The position numbers and the translations under genes were made by a program. The notes beneath the pieces are model-generated. The model did not search any database. It saw nothing but the letters and a program-made list of their open reading frames with translations, and was not told the DNA's origin. This document shows positions 43,861-52,678 of a stretch of DNA of 64,000 bases, in pieces. How positions within the stretch are numbered: position 1 is the stretch's first letter; every line of letters starts with the position of its first letter. The DNA comes from Thermoplasmata archaeon. Lineage in GTDB: Archaea > Thermoplasmatota > Thermoplasmata > Lutacidiplasmatales > UBA184. Where the stretch lies: the NCBI GenBank assembly GCA_022750455.1, contig JAKIVR010000003.1, forward strand, positions 4,457 to 68,456, written 5' to 3'.

Positions 43861-45573
43861 ATGCCCGCGAGAGTAATGAAGGAATTCCAGGCGCCGCGCG
43901 GACTGCCTCGTAAGACGGCGTCCGTGTGCCCCGAATGCATCAAGGTGATCCCCGCGGTCGTCCGCGAGAAGGACGGGCGCGTCATCATGGAGAAGACGTG
44001 CCGCAACCACGGCTACTTCTGGGACATCATTTCGAACGACGTCGACTTCTACCTCCGGATGGAGGTCTATGCCCACGACGGGGTCGGCTACGAGAACCCG
44101 TACTACGAGAAGTTCCGCGGCTGCCCGACCACCTGCGGGATGTGCAGTCACCACAAGTCGCACACCGGTCTCGCCCTGATGGACCTGACCAACCGCTGCA
44201 ATCTGAAGTGCCCGGTCTGCTTCGCGAACGCCAACGCGGCCGGCTACGTCTACGAGCCGACCCGCGAGCAGATCTACTTCATGCTCAAGACGCTCCGGGA
44301 GCAGAAGCCGGTCGGTGCCGTCGCCGTCCAGTACTCCGGAGGCGAGCCGACGCTCTCCCCGCTGTTCTTGGAGGCGTGCACGATGGCCCGCGATCTCGGC
44401 TTCAAGCAGATCCAGGTCGCCACGAACGGGATCCGGATGGCGAACGAGCCCGGCTTCGCCCAACAGGCCCGCAACGCGGGACTGCACACGCTCTACCTCC
44501 AGTTCGATGGGCTGGACGACGAGATCTACCGGAAGGTCCGGGGGGTCCCGATGCTGAAGGTCAAGCAGAAGGCGATCCAGGCCGCGCGGGAGACTCACTC
44601 CTCGGCCGAGGAGCTCGCCGCCGGGAAGCCGGACAAGCCGCTCAGCGTCGTGCTCGTCCCGACCCTCGTGGGCGGATTCAACGAGAAGGAGATCTGGCCG
44701 ACGGTGAAGTTCGCGATCGACAACCTGGACGTCGTCCGGGGCGTTAACTTCCAGCCGGTCGCCCTCACGGCGCGGATCCCCGACCGCGACAGGTTCCAGA
44801 TGCGGTTCACCCAGTCGGACCTCGTCCGGATCCTCTGCACGGACGGACCGTTCGAGAAGTCGGACTTCTTCCCCGTGCCGTCGGTGGCCCCGATCTCGGA
44901 GCTCGTCTCGATCATCCACGGCGAAGAGAAGATGACCCTGACGACCCACCCGGGCTGCGGATGCGCCACGTTCGCCTTCGTCTCGCAGGACGGCCAGAAG
45001 ATCACGCCCCTGCCCCGGTTCATGGACGTCGACGGGTTCTTCGAGAATGTCGAAGGGCTCATCGAGAAGTACCGGGACGCGCGGTTCGCTCGGGTGCGGA
45101 CGGCCGTCGCAGGAGCTCGACTGCTCCACGACGTGTCGAAGTACTTCGACTTCTCGAAGGCCCCGGAGGGTCTGAGCGAGAAGAACTGCGTCAAGGTGAT
45201 CGCGGGCATCTTCACCGAGGGGAACAAGGAAGCGCTCGCCAAGTTCACCTGGCGCACGCTCTACATCGGGAACATGCACTTCCAGGACGCGTACGACTAC
45301 GATATCCAGCGCCTCATGCGCTGCGATATCCACTACTCCGTCCCGGACGGGCGCATCATCCCGTTCTGCTCGTACAACTCGGGCCCGATCTACCGGACGG
45401 AGGTCGAGAAGAAGTTCTCGATCGCCATCCCGGACTGGCAGAAGGCGAAAGCCTCGAGCGGGATCGCGCTGAAGACCATCGAGACGATGGGCGTCAACGG
45501 CGAGGTCGTCGTGGACCCGGAGTACTACCGGATCAAGGCGCTGAAGGGCGCCCCCGGGATGAGCAGCACGTAA
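43861..45573 (+). CDS. radical SAM enzyme with auxiliary Cys clusters (candidate tetraether lipid synthase Tes/GDGT-MAS-like)
   Basis: CX3CX2C CNLKCPVC followed by the SAM-binding GGEP (QYSGGEPTL). A second CX3CX2C CPTTCGMC. N-terminal CPEC...C. C-terminal CGCATFAF. ATG 43861 preferred over GTG 43837. Confidence 0.8.
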   Translation: MPARVMKEFQAPRGLPRKTASVCPECIKVIPAVVREKDGRVIMEKTCRNHGYFWDIISNDVDFYLRMEVYAHDGVGYENPYYEKFRGCPTTCGMCSHHKSHTGLALMDLTNRCNLKCPVCFANANAAGYVYEPTREQIYFMLKTLREQKPVGAVAVQYSGGEPTLSPLFLEACTMARDLGFKQIQVATNGIRMANEPGFAQQARNAGLHTLYLQFDGLDDEIYRKVRGVPMLKVKQKAIQAARETHSSAEELAAGKPDKPLSVVLVPTLVGGFNEKEIWPTVKFAIDNLDVVRGVNFQPVALTARIPDRDRFQMRFTQSDLVRILCTDGPFEKSDFFPVPSVAPISELVSIIHGEEKMTLTTHPGCGCATFAFVSQDGQKITPLPRFMDVDGFFENVEGLIEKYRDARFARVRTAVAGARLLHDVSKYFDFSKAPEGLSEKNCVKVIAGIFTEGNKEALAKFTWRTLYIGNMHFQDAYDYDIQRLMRCDIHYSVPDGRIIPFCSYNSGPIYRTEVEKKFSIAIPDWQKAKASSGIALKTIETMGVNGEVVVDPEYYRIKALKGAPGMSST

Positions 45574-45584
45574 GGCGCTCTCCC

Positions 45585-45638
45585 CCGAGGCCCCCTCGGA
45601 CGCAACCCTTTCTCCCAACCCCTTTTTCCTTCTTTTCC
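45585..45638 (+). terminator. hairpin CCGAGG-CCCC-CTCGG followed by T-rich tract CCTTTTTCCTTCTTTTCC downstream of the radical-SAM gene
   Basis: Hairpin at 45585-45599 begins 9 nt after the TAA stop. Oligo-T runs at 45621-45638. Archaeal terminators are typically oligo-T. Confidence 0.4.
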
Positions 45639-45735
45639 GTAAGTGGACCGACGGCTCATCCACCGCCGTTAAGGGGGGCCCGGTGTAGGGAGGCCTCGGT
45701 AAGCTCCCTTCAACTCAGCGGGTTCCGGGTCGGTC

Positions 45736-47217
45736 ATGGTCTTCACGTTCACCACTACGACGTTCATCGTCGACCTCACTCTCCTCTTGGCCGCCTCGGT
45801 GCTCGCCGGGGAGATCGCGAACCGCCTCGGCCAGGCGGCCCTCGTCGGCCAGCTCCTCGTCGGGGTCATCCTGGGCCCGACCCTCTTCGGTCAGCCGAAC
45901 CTGCTCGGCCAGTGGACCGGATTCTTCGCCACCGGCAGCTCCCTCACCAGCTCGCTACCCGCCGAGCTCACCGGGATCCAGACCCTCGCCACGGTGTTCA
46001 TCCTCTTCCTGGCGGGGCTCGATATCGTCCCCGAGCAGGTCTACAAGATGGGGCTGAAGACCGCCTCGTTCGGCATCATGGTCTTCTCCATCCCGTTCGC
46101 CGCGACCGCCGCCATGGCCTACTTCTTCTTCCCGGGTTTCTCCATCAATACCGACCTGTTCATCGCCCTCGCGCTCTCCATCACCGCCCTCCCCGTGATG
46201 GGGATCATGCTGCTGGAGTTCGGCCTTCTCCACTCCCGGATCGGCCGACTTCTGATGAACACCGCGCTCGTCAACGAGCTCGTCGCGGTCAGCGTCTTCG
46301 CGATCCTCTTGGAGCTACACACCTCGGGGACGAGCGGCACCATCGCGATTGGGGTCGCCGCCGTCAGCGTCGGGCTGTTCATCGCGACCATGCTGAGTAT
46401 TCACATGGCCCTCCGGACGCTCGCGGCGTCGGGCTGGTGGGGCACGGTACGGTCGCGGTACCAGCGGGGCTGGCGGAGCCGCGAGGGCCGGTTCGCGATC
46501 CTGATGGTGATGGTGCTGGGCGCCTCGCTGTACTCCCAATACCTCGGCCTCACGTTCGTGGTGGGGGCGTTCTACGCCGGGCTCCTGGTGACCAAGGAAA
46601 GTGCCGGCTCGGAGATGCACCGCTCCTTCAGCACCGTCTTCGATGCGATCTCGTGGGGGTTCTTCATCCCGCTCTTCTTTGTTTTCGTCGGGATCGAGAT
46701 GAACCTAAGGCTCCTCTCGACGCCGTGGCTCGTCTTCGAGTTCGTCGCCCTGCTGGGCGTGGCGCTCCTGAGCAAGCTCCTGACCGGATACGGGGTCAGC
46801 CAATCATTCGGATGGGGGAAGGCCGACTCCCAGGCGATCGGATACCTCGTCGCGAGCCGGGGGGCCGTCGAGCTCGCCATGGCGGTCACGCTCCTCTCCC
46901 TCGGGGTCTTCAACACCGAGATCTTCACGATCGTGGCGGGCGTGGGTCTGGTGACGACGATCATCTCCCCGATCGGGGCGTTACGCGCCTGGGAGTCCGA
47001 TCCGGCAAGCCGGACCGAGCTGTACGACCGGGTCCCGTCCCTGCGACCAGGCGCGGAACGGACGCGCGCCTTCCGCCCGTCGCTAGTGTTCACGCACGTC
47101 CCCGAGGCCGGGGAGGTCCCGAGCTCTTGGATCATCCCGACCGTCGTTCCCCGCCCCGGGAAGGTGGGTCCGCCGCCGCTGCCCGATCAGTCGGGCCACG
47201 ACGACGAGACCGACTAG
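45736..47217 (+). CDS. monovalent cation:proton antiporter, CPA2 (Kef/NapA-type) family
   Basis: 12-13 TM helices with CPA2-type organisation (..FILFLAGLDI.., ..NELVAVSVFAIL..) and a soluble C-terminal tail. Confidence 0.85.
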   Translation: MVFTFTTTTFIVDLTLLLAASVLAGEIANRLGQAALVGQLLVGVILGPTLFGQPNLLGQWTGFFATGSSLTSSLPAELTGIQTLATVFILFLAGLDIVPEQVYKMGLKTASFGIMVFSIPFAATAAMAYFFFPGFSINTDLFIALALSITALPVMGIMLLEFGLLHSRIGRLLMNTALVNELVAVSVFAILLELHTSGTSGTIAIGVAAVSVGLFIATMLSIHMALRTLAASGWWGTVRSRYQRGWRSREGRFAILMVMVLGASLYSQYLGLTFVVGAFYAGLLVTKESAGSEMHRSFSTVFDAISWGFFIPLFFVFVGIEMNLRLLSTPWLVFEFVALLGVALLSKLLTGYGVSQSFGWGKADSQAIGYLVASRGAVELAMAVTLLSLGVFNTEIFTIVAGVGLVTTIISPIGALRAWESDPASRTELYDRVPSLRPGAERTRAFRPSLVFTHVPEAGEVPSSWIIPTVVPRPGKVGPPPLPDQSGHDDETD

Positions 47218-47227
47218 GCCGGCCGGG

Positions 47228-47647
47228 TCATCCCACGGGAAGCGGGTCGATCAAGGCTCGCCCCACCCAGCGAAGCCGGGCCGACCACGGTCGGAGATCG
47301 GTGCCCAGCGCGGCGAGACGGGCGTCGATCTCGTCCCATACCCCCGGGACCGGGGGAACGGCCCGAGGGGCGCCCTCCTCGGGATGATCGGCGACGTAGA
47401 GACCGACCGCCTCGAGGTGCTTGCACGTCCCCCGCCCCCGGCGGGCGAAGTCCTCGCACGTGCACATGCCCCCCTCCAGCGAGGGCGCCGCCGGGAGGTA
47501 GACCGGGTAGCGACTGCCGCGGGCCCGGTTCACCGCCTCGAAGGCGACGAGCGGCAGATCCCTCAGCGGCCGGACGTCGAGCGGGTCGTCCCGCCCCCGG
47601 GCCCGTCGGTCCGGGGGGGGCTCGGAGGCGTCCGGGGGGCGGTCCAT
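47228..47647 (-). CDS. SWIM zinc-finger protein (139 aa)
   Basis: CTCEDFARRGRGTCKH fits the SWIM CxCxnCxH pattern. Real gene is the 3' part of the long track ORF 47228-48631. Confidence 0.55.
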   Translation of the reverse strand: MDRPPDASEPPPDRRARGRDDPLDVRPLRDLPLVAFEAVNRARGSRYPVYLPAAPSLEGGMCTCEDFARRGRGTCKHLEAVGLYVADHPEEGAPRAVPPVPGVWDEIDARLAALGTDLRPWSARLRWVGRALIDPLPVG

Positions 47648-47688
47648 GGGCCGGAAAGGCGCCCCGCGGCAATGAAAGGGCCGGGCCC

Positions 47689-48516
47689 CTAGTTCGATGG
47701 GCGCAGCGCACGCCTCACCAGGATGATCGCGACGATGCCCATCCCCGCCGCCCAGGCGGCGAGCCCCGCGAGGTAGACCTCGGGGGGGTAGGTGTACAGG
47801 CTGTCGCCGAACATGTTCTCCCTCAGAACGGAGACCGCCAGGGTGATCGGATTGTAGGTGGCGATGTCCTGGAGCCAGTGGGGCATCGTCCCCCACGGAT
47901 ACAGGGCGTCCGAGGTGAACAACGTCGGCAGGTTGAGGGCGTTCACAGCCGCGAAGTACGTCTGGGGGGTGTCGATCAGGAACCCGAGCGTCAGCGCGAG
48001 CGTGACGAACATGAACGCGATCAGCACGATGGCGAGGAGGATCTCGACCGCCCCCACCACTCCGACCGACGCCGTCACATCGAGCCCACTGAGGCCGCCG
48101 ATGTGGGCGAACAGGATCGCGAGCACCAACACCAGGAAGGCGAACCCGATCGGTTGCACGGAACCGGCGATCAGTCGAGAGCCGAACACGGCGGCCGAGG
48201 GAGCCGGGGTGCCGCGCGTGCGCTTGAAGATCCCGAAGAACTTGTCGAAGATCACGTTCGCCCCGACGAACAGCGACGCCGTCACGGAAACGAAGCCGAC
48301 CATGCCCGCCGCGAAGTACGAGAAGTAGTTCGGGGCGCCGAGCAGGGCGTACTGCAGGCCGGCCGCCGAGCTTCCCGACAACGATCCCAAGTTGAACCCC
48401 TGCCCGAACAGCAGGAGGTACAGGATCGGGGTGAGCAGGCCCACGAAGACGGACTGCGGGTTCCGGGTCAGCCGGAGGAGCTCGCGCCGGGTCAGGGCGG
48501 AGAACTCGCGCAGCAT
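47689..48516 (-). CDS. ABC-2 type transporter permease
   Basis: 6 TM helices in ABC-2 organisation. TGATG overlap with the upstream ATPase gene. Confidence 0.8.
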   Translation of the reverse strand: MLREFSALTRRELLRLTRNPQSVFVGLLTPILYLLLFGQGFNLGSLSGSSAAGLQYALLGAPNYFSYFAAGMVGFVSVTASLFVGANVIFDKFFGIFKRTRGTPAPSAAVFGSRLIAGSVQPIGFAFLVLVLAILFAHIGGLSGLDVTASVGVVGAVEILLAIVLIAFMFVTLALTLGFLIDTPQTYFAAVNALNLPTLFTSDALYPWGTMPHWLQDIATYNPITLAVSVLRENMFGDSLYTYPPEVYLAGLAAWAAGMGIVAIILVRRALRPSN

Positions 48517-49526
48517 CAGCGCCTCCCGCCGCGCATCGACTGCAGCCGCGCGCCGAGGATCGCCTTGTCCGTGGCGCTCGGTCCCTCGTCCTCGCGGAAC
48601 TCCCGTCCGGTGAACTCCAAGAACACTTCATCGAGGCTCGGCCGCTTGACCGAGACCGTCGAGATCAACGAGCCCGCCTTGGAGCACGCCTCCACGGCGA
48701 GAGGCACGACGACCTCGCCGCTCGAGCATTTCAGCCGGTACGACGAGTCCTGGCGTTGAACGGTAAGCACGCCTGGGACCTGGCGGAGGGTTTCGGACAC
48801 GTCCTGGGCGGTGGAGGTCTTGAGGGTCACCACGTCGCCGCCCAACTTGTCCTTGAGCTCCGTCGGGGTCCCCGTCGCCACGATGGTCCCGTGATCGATG
48901 ATGGCGATGCGGTCGCAGTACTGGTCCGCCTCGTCGAGATAGTGCGTCGTGACGAAGACGGTGAGTCCCTCCTCCTTGCGGAGCTGCTGGATGAACTGCC
49001 AGAAGCCGGCCCGTCCTTGCGGATCGAGGCCGAGCGTCGGTTCGTCCAGGAACAGGATCTTCGGGCGGTGGATGAGCCCGACGCCGAGCTCCAGGCGTCG
49101 GCGCATCCCGCCGGAGTACGTCTTCGCCATCCGTTCGGAGGCGTCGCCGATCTGCATCCGTTCGAGGAGAGCGGAGGCCCGCTCCTTCCCTTCCCGGCGC
49201 GAAATGCCGTACAACCCCGCCGCGATCTCGAGATTCTCCCGTCCGGTGAGATCTCCGTCCGCGGTGGATTCTTGAAATACGACGCCGATGCGCCGCTTGA
49301 CCTCTTCCGGATTGGCGGCGACCTCGACGCCGTCGATGACGGCCCGGCCGCTGGTCGGCCTGAGACCGGCGGAGAGCATCGAAACGGTGGTCGTCTTGCC
49401 GGCGCCGTTCGGTCCGATGAAACCGTACGCTTCCCCCGTATGTACCTCGAAGGAGACGCCCTTCACCGCCTGGACCTTCCCACCGTAGGTCTTGACGAGC
49501 CCTTCCGCGACGATCGGGTCGGTCAT
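48516..49526 (-). CDS. ABC transporter ATP-binding protein
   Basis: Walker A GPNGAGKTT. Signature YSGGMRRRLELG. Walker B ILFLDEPT. H-loop TTHYL. Start at MTDPIVAEGLVKTYGG (ATG 49526) preferred over the extended track ORF. Confidence 0.88.
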   Translation of the reverse strand: MTDPIVAEGLVKTYGGKVQAVKGVSFEVHTGEAYGFIGPNGAGKTTTVSMLSAGLRPTSGRAVIDGVEVAANPEEVKRRIGVVFQESTADGDLTGRENLEIAAGLYGISRREGKERASALLERMQIGDASERMAKTYSGGMRRRLELGVGLIHRPKILFLDEPTLGLDPQGRAGFWQFIQQLRKEEGLTVFVTTHYLDEADQYCDRIAIIDHGTIVATGTPTELKDKLGGDVVTLKTSTAQDVSETLRQVPGVLTVQRQDSSYRLKCSSGEVVVPLAVEACSKAGSLISTVSVKRPSLDEVFLEFTGREFREDEGPSATDKAILGARLQSMRGGRR

Positions 49527-49593
49527 GCGGAGGCCTCGGGGGTCGACGGGGCAGCTGCGGGTCGTGTCATCCGGTACCGGCGTGTGTTCTCCT

Positions 49594-50076
49594 TCATTTT
49601 CCAATCTTCTCCAGGCGCTGCGCGATCTCTCGGATCTCCCCACGAACCTCGTTCAACTGTTCCGGGTAATCTCGGGCGAGGTCCTCAAGGTAGCCGGCGT
49701 AGCTTCGGATTTCCCGGGTGACCTCCGCCACACTCTGGGGCCGCCCCGTGACGAACCCGAGCGGGAAGTTCACCGTCTCCCGGCCCTTGTCGGTGAGCTC
49801 GTACTTGCCGTCGGCCTCTTGCCGGCGGATCACCCCTTCCTTCGTCAACTCTTCCAGCAGGGGATAGATCGAGCCCGGGGAGGGTCGCCACCAGCCCATC
49901 GAGATCGACTCCATCGAGTCGATGAGCTGGGCTCCCGTGCGGGGGGATCGGGCGAGGATCATGAGGACCCAGGTGCGCAATCCGCCGCGATGACGTCCAA
50001 AGCCGTGTCCCGGTCCGCCGTGACGGGCGCCGGGCTTGTGGCCGCCAAACCACCATCGGGCTGCGCTGTCGTCCAT
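49594..50076 (-). CDS. PadR-family transcriptional regulator
   Basis: wHTH LRTWVLMILARSPRTGAQLIDSME...GSIYPLLEELTKEGVI. Start ATG 50076 places a TATA at -28 and the palindromic operator between TATA and start. Confidence 0.8.
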   Translation of the reverse strand: MDDSAARWWFGGHKPGARHGGPGHGFGRHRGGLRTWVLMILARSPRTGAQLIDSMESISMGWWRPSPGSIYPLLEELTKEGVIRRQEADGKYELTDKGRETVNFPLGFVTGRPQSVAEVTREIRSYAGYLEDLARDYPEQLNEVRGEIREIAQRLEKIGK

Positions 50077-50078
50077 GT

Positions 50079-50112
50079 CGATATCGATTAACCGATATCG
50101 GCTCGCTATAAA
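50079..50112 (-). promoter_or_regulatory. padR promoter/operator: 22-bp quasi-palindrome CGATATCG-ATTAAC-CGATATCG plus TATA (CTATAAAG, read on minus as CTTTATAG)
   Basis: Two copies of the self-complementary octamer CGATATCG at 50079-50086 and 50093-50100, flanked by TATA at 50105-50112. The padR ATG (50076) lies 3 nt from the repeat. Confidence 0.55.
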
Positions 50113-50207
50113 GCCGTACTGCACCCGCCGAGAGTCCCCCGCGTTCTCCGCTCCCCCGCCGCCACATCGTTATGTCGCTCTCGACCTCCCGTCGATAGGA
50201 GACCGCC

Positions 50208-50447
50208 GTGATCGAGGATCCCACCGCCGCCCGGGTCGCCGAACGCCGCCGGCAACGTCAGGTCGTCTTGGCGCTCGTCTTCACGTTCCTCGGTCTTCTG
50301 GCGCTGGCCCTGCTGCTCCCATCGGCCCCGAGCCGTTTGACGCTAGGCATCCTGGTCGGCCTCGTCGCCGTGCTCGGGTTGTGGATCGGCGGGATTCTCC
50401 TCGGGAACGCGGTCCGGCCGTACTGGAAGGGACGGCGGAGAGCCTGA
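50208..50447 (+). CDS. small membrane protein (2 TM), speculative
   Basis: GTG start preceded by AGGAGA 8 nt upstream. TGATG overlap with the HAD gene. Helices VVLALVFTFLGLLALALLL and LGILVGLVAVLGLWIGGILL. Confidence 0.4.
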   Translation: MIEDPTAARVAERRRQRQVVLALVFTFLGLLALALLLPSAPSRLTLGILVGLVAVLGLWIGGILLGNAVRPYWKGRRRA

Positions 50448-51097
50448 TGTTCCCGTTCCGACTCGTTACGTTCGATATCGATGGCACTCTGACCCTCGGG
50501 CACGGGTGGCGTTTCCTGGCCGCCCAGCGGGGGAGGACCCCCGCGTACGAATCGACCACGTCCCGGTACCTTGACGGGAGGATCGGGGAGGACGAGCACC
50601 TCCAGAACTTGATCCGGCTCGCCGAAGGCGCCACCGCCCCGGAGCTGGAGGAGATCTTGGAACGAACTCCGAAGCTCGGCCACATCCCCGAGACGGTGAA
50701 CTCCCTCCATTCGGAGGGGGTGCGGGTCGCCTTGTTGTCCCACAACCCGGAGTACATCTGTCGCTGGTACGAGCGCCGGTTCGGATTCGACGATCAAGGG
50801 GGGACTCCGAGCGCGGAGCCGGTGGGGGACGGCCCCGTCCCGTTCCCCGGCACAGTTCGAGCTGACAAACCCGCGGCGCTCCGGCGGCTGCTCGACCGCG
50901 CGCACCGGACAGCGTCCGAGACCGCTCACGTCGGCGATTCCCGGTCGGATGGCGAACTGTTCCGACTCGTCGGCGGGGGGATCGCCTTGAACTCGCCCGA
51001 TGCCTCCGTTCGAGAGGCGGCCGACGCCGTTGTGGTCAGCGAGGATCTGGCCGCCGTTCTCGCCCCCTTGGGATCCCTCCACCCCCGGCGGGTGTGA
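50447..51097 (+). CDS. HAD-superfamily hydrolase (HAD-IB/phosphoserine-phosphatase-like)
   Basis: Motif I VTFDIDGTL. HAD motif III/IV GDSRSDGELF. 216 aa. Confidence 0.8.
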   Translation: MFPFRLVTFDIDGTLTLGHGWRFLAAQRGRTPAYESTTSRYLDGRIGEDEHLQNLIRLAEGATAPELEEILERTPKLGHIPETVNSLHSEGVRVALLSHNPEYICRWYERRFGFDDQGGTPSAEPVGDGPVPFPGTVRADKPAALRRLLDRAHRTASETAHVGDSRSDGELFRLVGGGIALNSPDASVREAADAVVVSEDLAAVLAPLGSLHPRRV

Positions 51098-51130
51098 GTC
51101 ACCCCCCGGAGTTATGAGAATCCTTATGCC

Positions 51131-51745
51131 ATGGTGCACCCCTCCCGCCTCCCCGGAGGGTCTGTGGAGTACATCGCGCTCCGAGCGTCCCACCCGACGT
51201 ACCTGAACCTTCAGCTCCCCCAGGACGTGGCGACCCTCGTCGGCTACATCCCCTCCGAACTGCGGGAGCTACGCTCCCCCGCCCGGAGCATATCGTTCCT
51301 CGCTCGGACCCCGCAGATCGTCCGGGTCATCGCCACCTACCGCGGAGGCGAGGTTCTTCCCATCGAGACGACCCGCAACCGGTTCCTCGCGTCCGCTGGG
51401 CTCACCGAGAAGATGATCTTCAACCTGCCCGAGGCAGTCGTGCAGTATCTCGGTCTGGAAGTGAAGCATCGCGTCCCGGGGGGGACCCGCTACACCGACG
51501 ATGGCCTCCTCTGGTTCCTCCCGGCCGACGAGTATTATGAATTCCGGGAGCGAGAGCGGCTGGGGAAGCCCTGGAACGGGCCCGCCGACGGGGGGCTGAC
51601 CCGTGTCTACCTCAGTCACGCCCGGCTTCCCGCCTCGTCGGCCCTGGAGTCCCTCGAGCTGGATATCGATCAACGGGAGTGGCGTCCTCGGCTCGAGCTC
51701 GCGGCGCGGACCGCCCGCCCGCGCCGAACGGCCCCCGGGAGTTGA
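51131..51745 (+). CDS. hypothetical protein (possible AbrB/swapped-hairpin-like segment)
   Basis: Balanced composition. MIFNLPEAVVQYLGLEVKH resembles swapped-hairpin DNA-binding motifs. Otherwise unknown. Confidence 0.45.
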   Translation: MVHPSRLPGGSVEYIALRASHPTYLNLQLPQDVATLVGYIPSELRELRSPARSISFLARTPQIVRVIATYRGGEVLPIETTRNRFLASAGLTEKMIFNLPEAVVQYLGLEVKHRVPGGTRYTDDGLLWFLPADEYYEFRERERLGKPWNGPADGGLTRVYLSHARLPASSALESLELDIDQREWRPRLELAARTARPRRTAPGS

Positions 51746-51910
51746 GCTCCGAGGCCTTTCAATCCGTTTCCATACGTGTAACAATGAGCCGAAACAGGCG
51801 CGGGGGTTGCGCCGGGCCGCTCCGGATGCGGGAGCGGAGGTGCGGTTCTCGCTCGCCCCGTCAAAGGTTCGAAGCGGGTATGGCACCGGTCGGATTTTTG
51901 ACCAAAGTTC

Positions 51911-51918
51911 TAATAGTA
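51911..51918 (+). promoter_or_regulatory. TATA box (TAATAGTA) for gene 51940-52626
   Basis: 22-29 nt upstream of the ATG at 51940. Preceded by a T5 tract at 51894-51898 (possible terminator of the upstream gene). Confidence 0.45.
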
Positions 51919-51939
51919 TGCTCTCGACTTTAATCGTCC

Positions 51940-52626
51940 ATGGAGCGCAGGGAGAAGGCCAGGGCACCGCACGTGGGCAAGCCGTACACCCTCCGGACCC
52001 CGGTTCCGCTGCGGTCCGCCAGCGACATGACGATCACCCGGTCGGGCATCCCGACCGATCCTACCCTCGCCCTCGCCGGACCGGTCGACCACGACTCCCT
52101 GGCGAAGGCGATCCGCCGCTCGGTCGGGCACGACGGTATGCGCCCCGAGGACGCGCGGACCATCGCGGCCCACGTGCTCAATTTCTTCGGCTTCCAAGAG
52201 AGGATCATCGACAATGTCCTCGAACCGGATGACCGGGACACGTTCTACATGCTCGAAGATACGGGCATCCTGGAGACCGAGCGGGACGAGACGACCCTCT
52301 ACGACGGCCGGGAGTGGCGCATCCACTACTGGATGTTCCGAAAGGACCGGATCTTCGACCTCGCCCACCAGGAGTCGCAGGCGATGGCCGAGGCCGGCGA
52401 GGTCGACGTCGTCTACTCCTCAAAGACCGGGCGCTCCGGCGCGTTCCTCGGTTCGGCCCCCGAAGGGCAGTTCGGCACGGGCCATCACGCTCTCTACCAC
52501 GACCTCGGCGACGAGATCTGGCTCGAGCGCAAGCTCAGCCCCCAAGAGAGCGACGTCCCCGAGGCGCCGGTGAGCCCTCTCCGCCCTCCGCCTCCCCGGC
52601 GGAGCGCGAAGTCGGTCAAGAAGTAG
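51940..52626 (+). CDS. hypothetical protein
   Basis: ATG 22-29 nt downstream of TATA TAATAGTA, i.e. leaderless. Protein-like composition. No motif recognised. Confidence 0.5.
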   Translation: MERREKARAPHVGKPYTLRTPVPLRSASDMTITRSGIPTDPTLALAGPVDHDSLAKAIRRSVGHDGMRPEDARTIAAHVLNFFGFQERIIDNVLEPDDRDTFYMLEDTGILETERDETTLYDGREWRIHYWMFRKDRIFDLAHQESQAMAEAGEVDVVYSSKTGRSGAFLGSAPEGQFGTGHHALYHDLGDEIWLERKLSPQESDVPEAPVSPLRPPPPRRSAKSVKK

Positions 52627-52678
52627 GCCCACCCCGCCGACCCGGCAGGCCTTTCCGAGCGGACGTCTCCCCTCCGAC

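Noticed and set aside
51746-51905. GC-rich structured intergenic segment: hairpin CCGCTCC-GGATGCG-GGAGCGG at ~51821-51841, and GGTTCGAAG resembling a tRNA T-loop at ~51866. Considered as a tRNA or small ncRNA.
   Set aside because: No cloverleaf can be drawn on either strand: no complementary T-stem around TTCGAAG, no acceptor or D arm. The layout is more simply read as stop, hairpin, T5 tract (51894-51898), then TATA (51911-51918) for the next gene.
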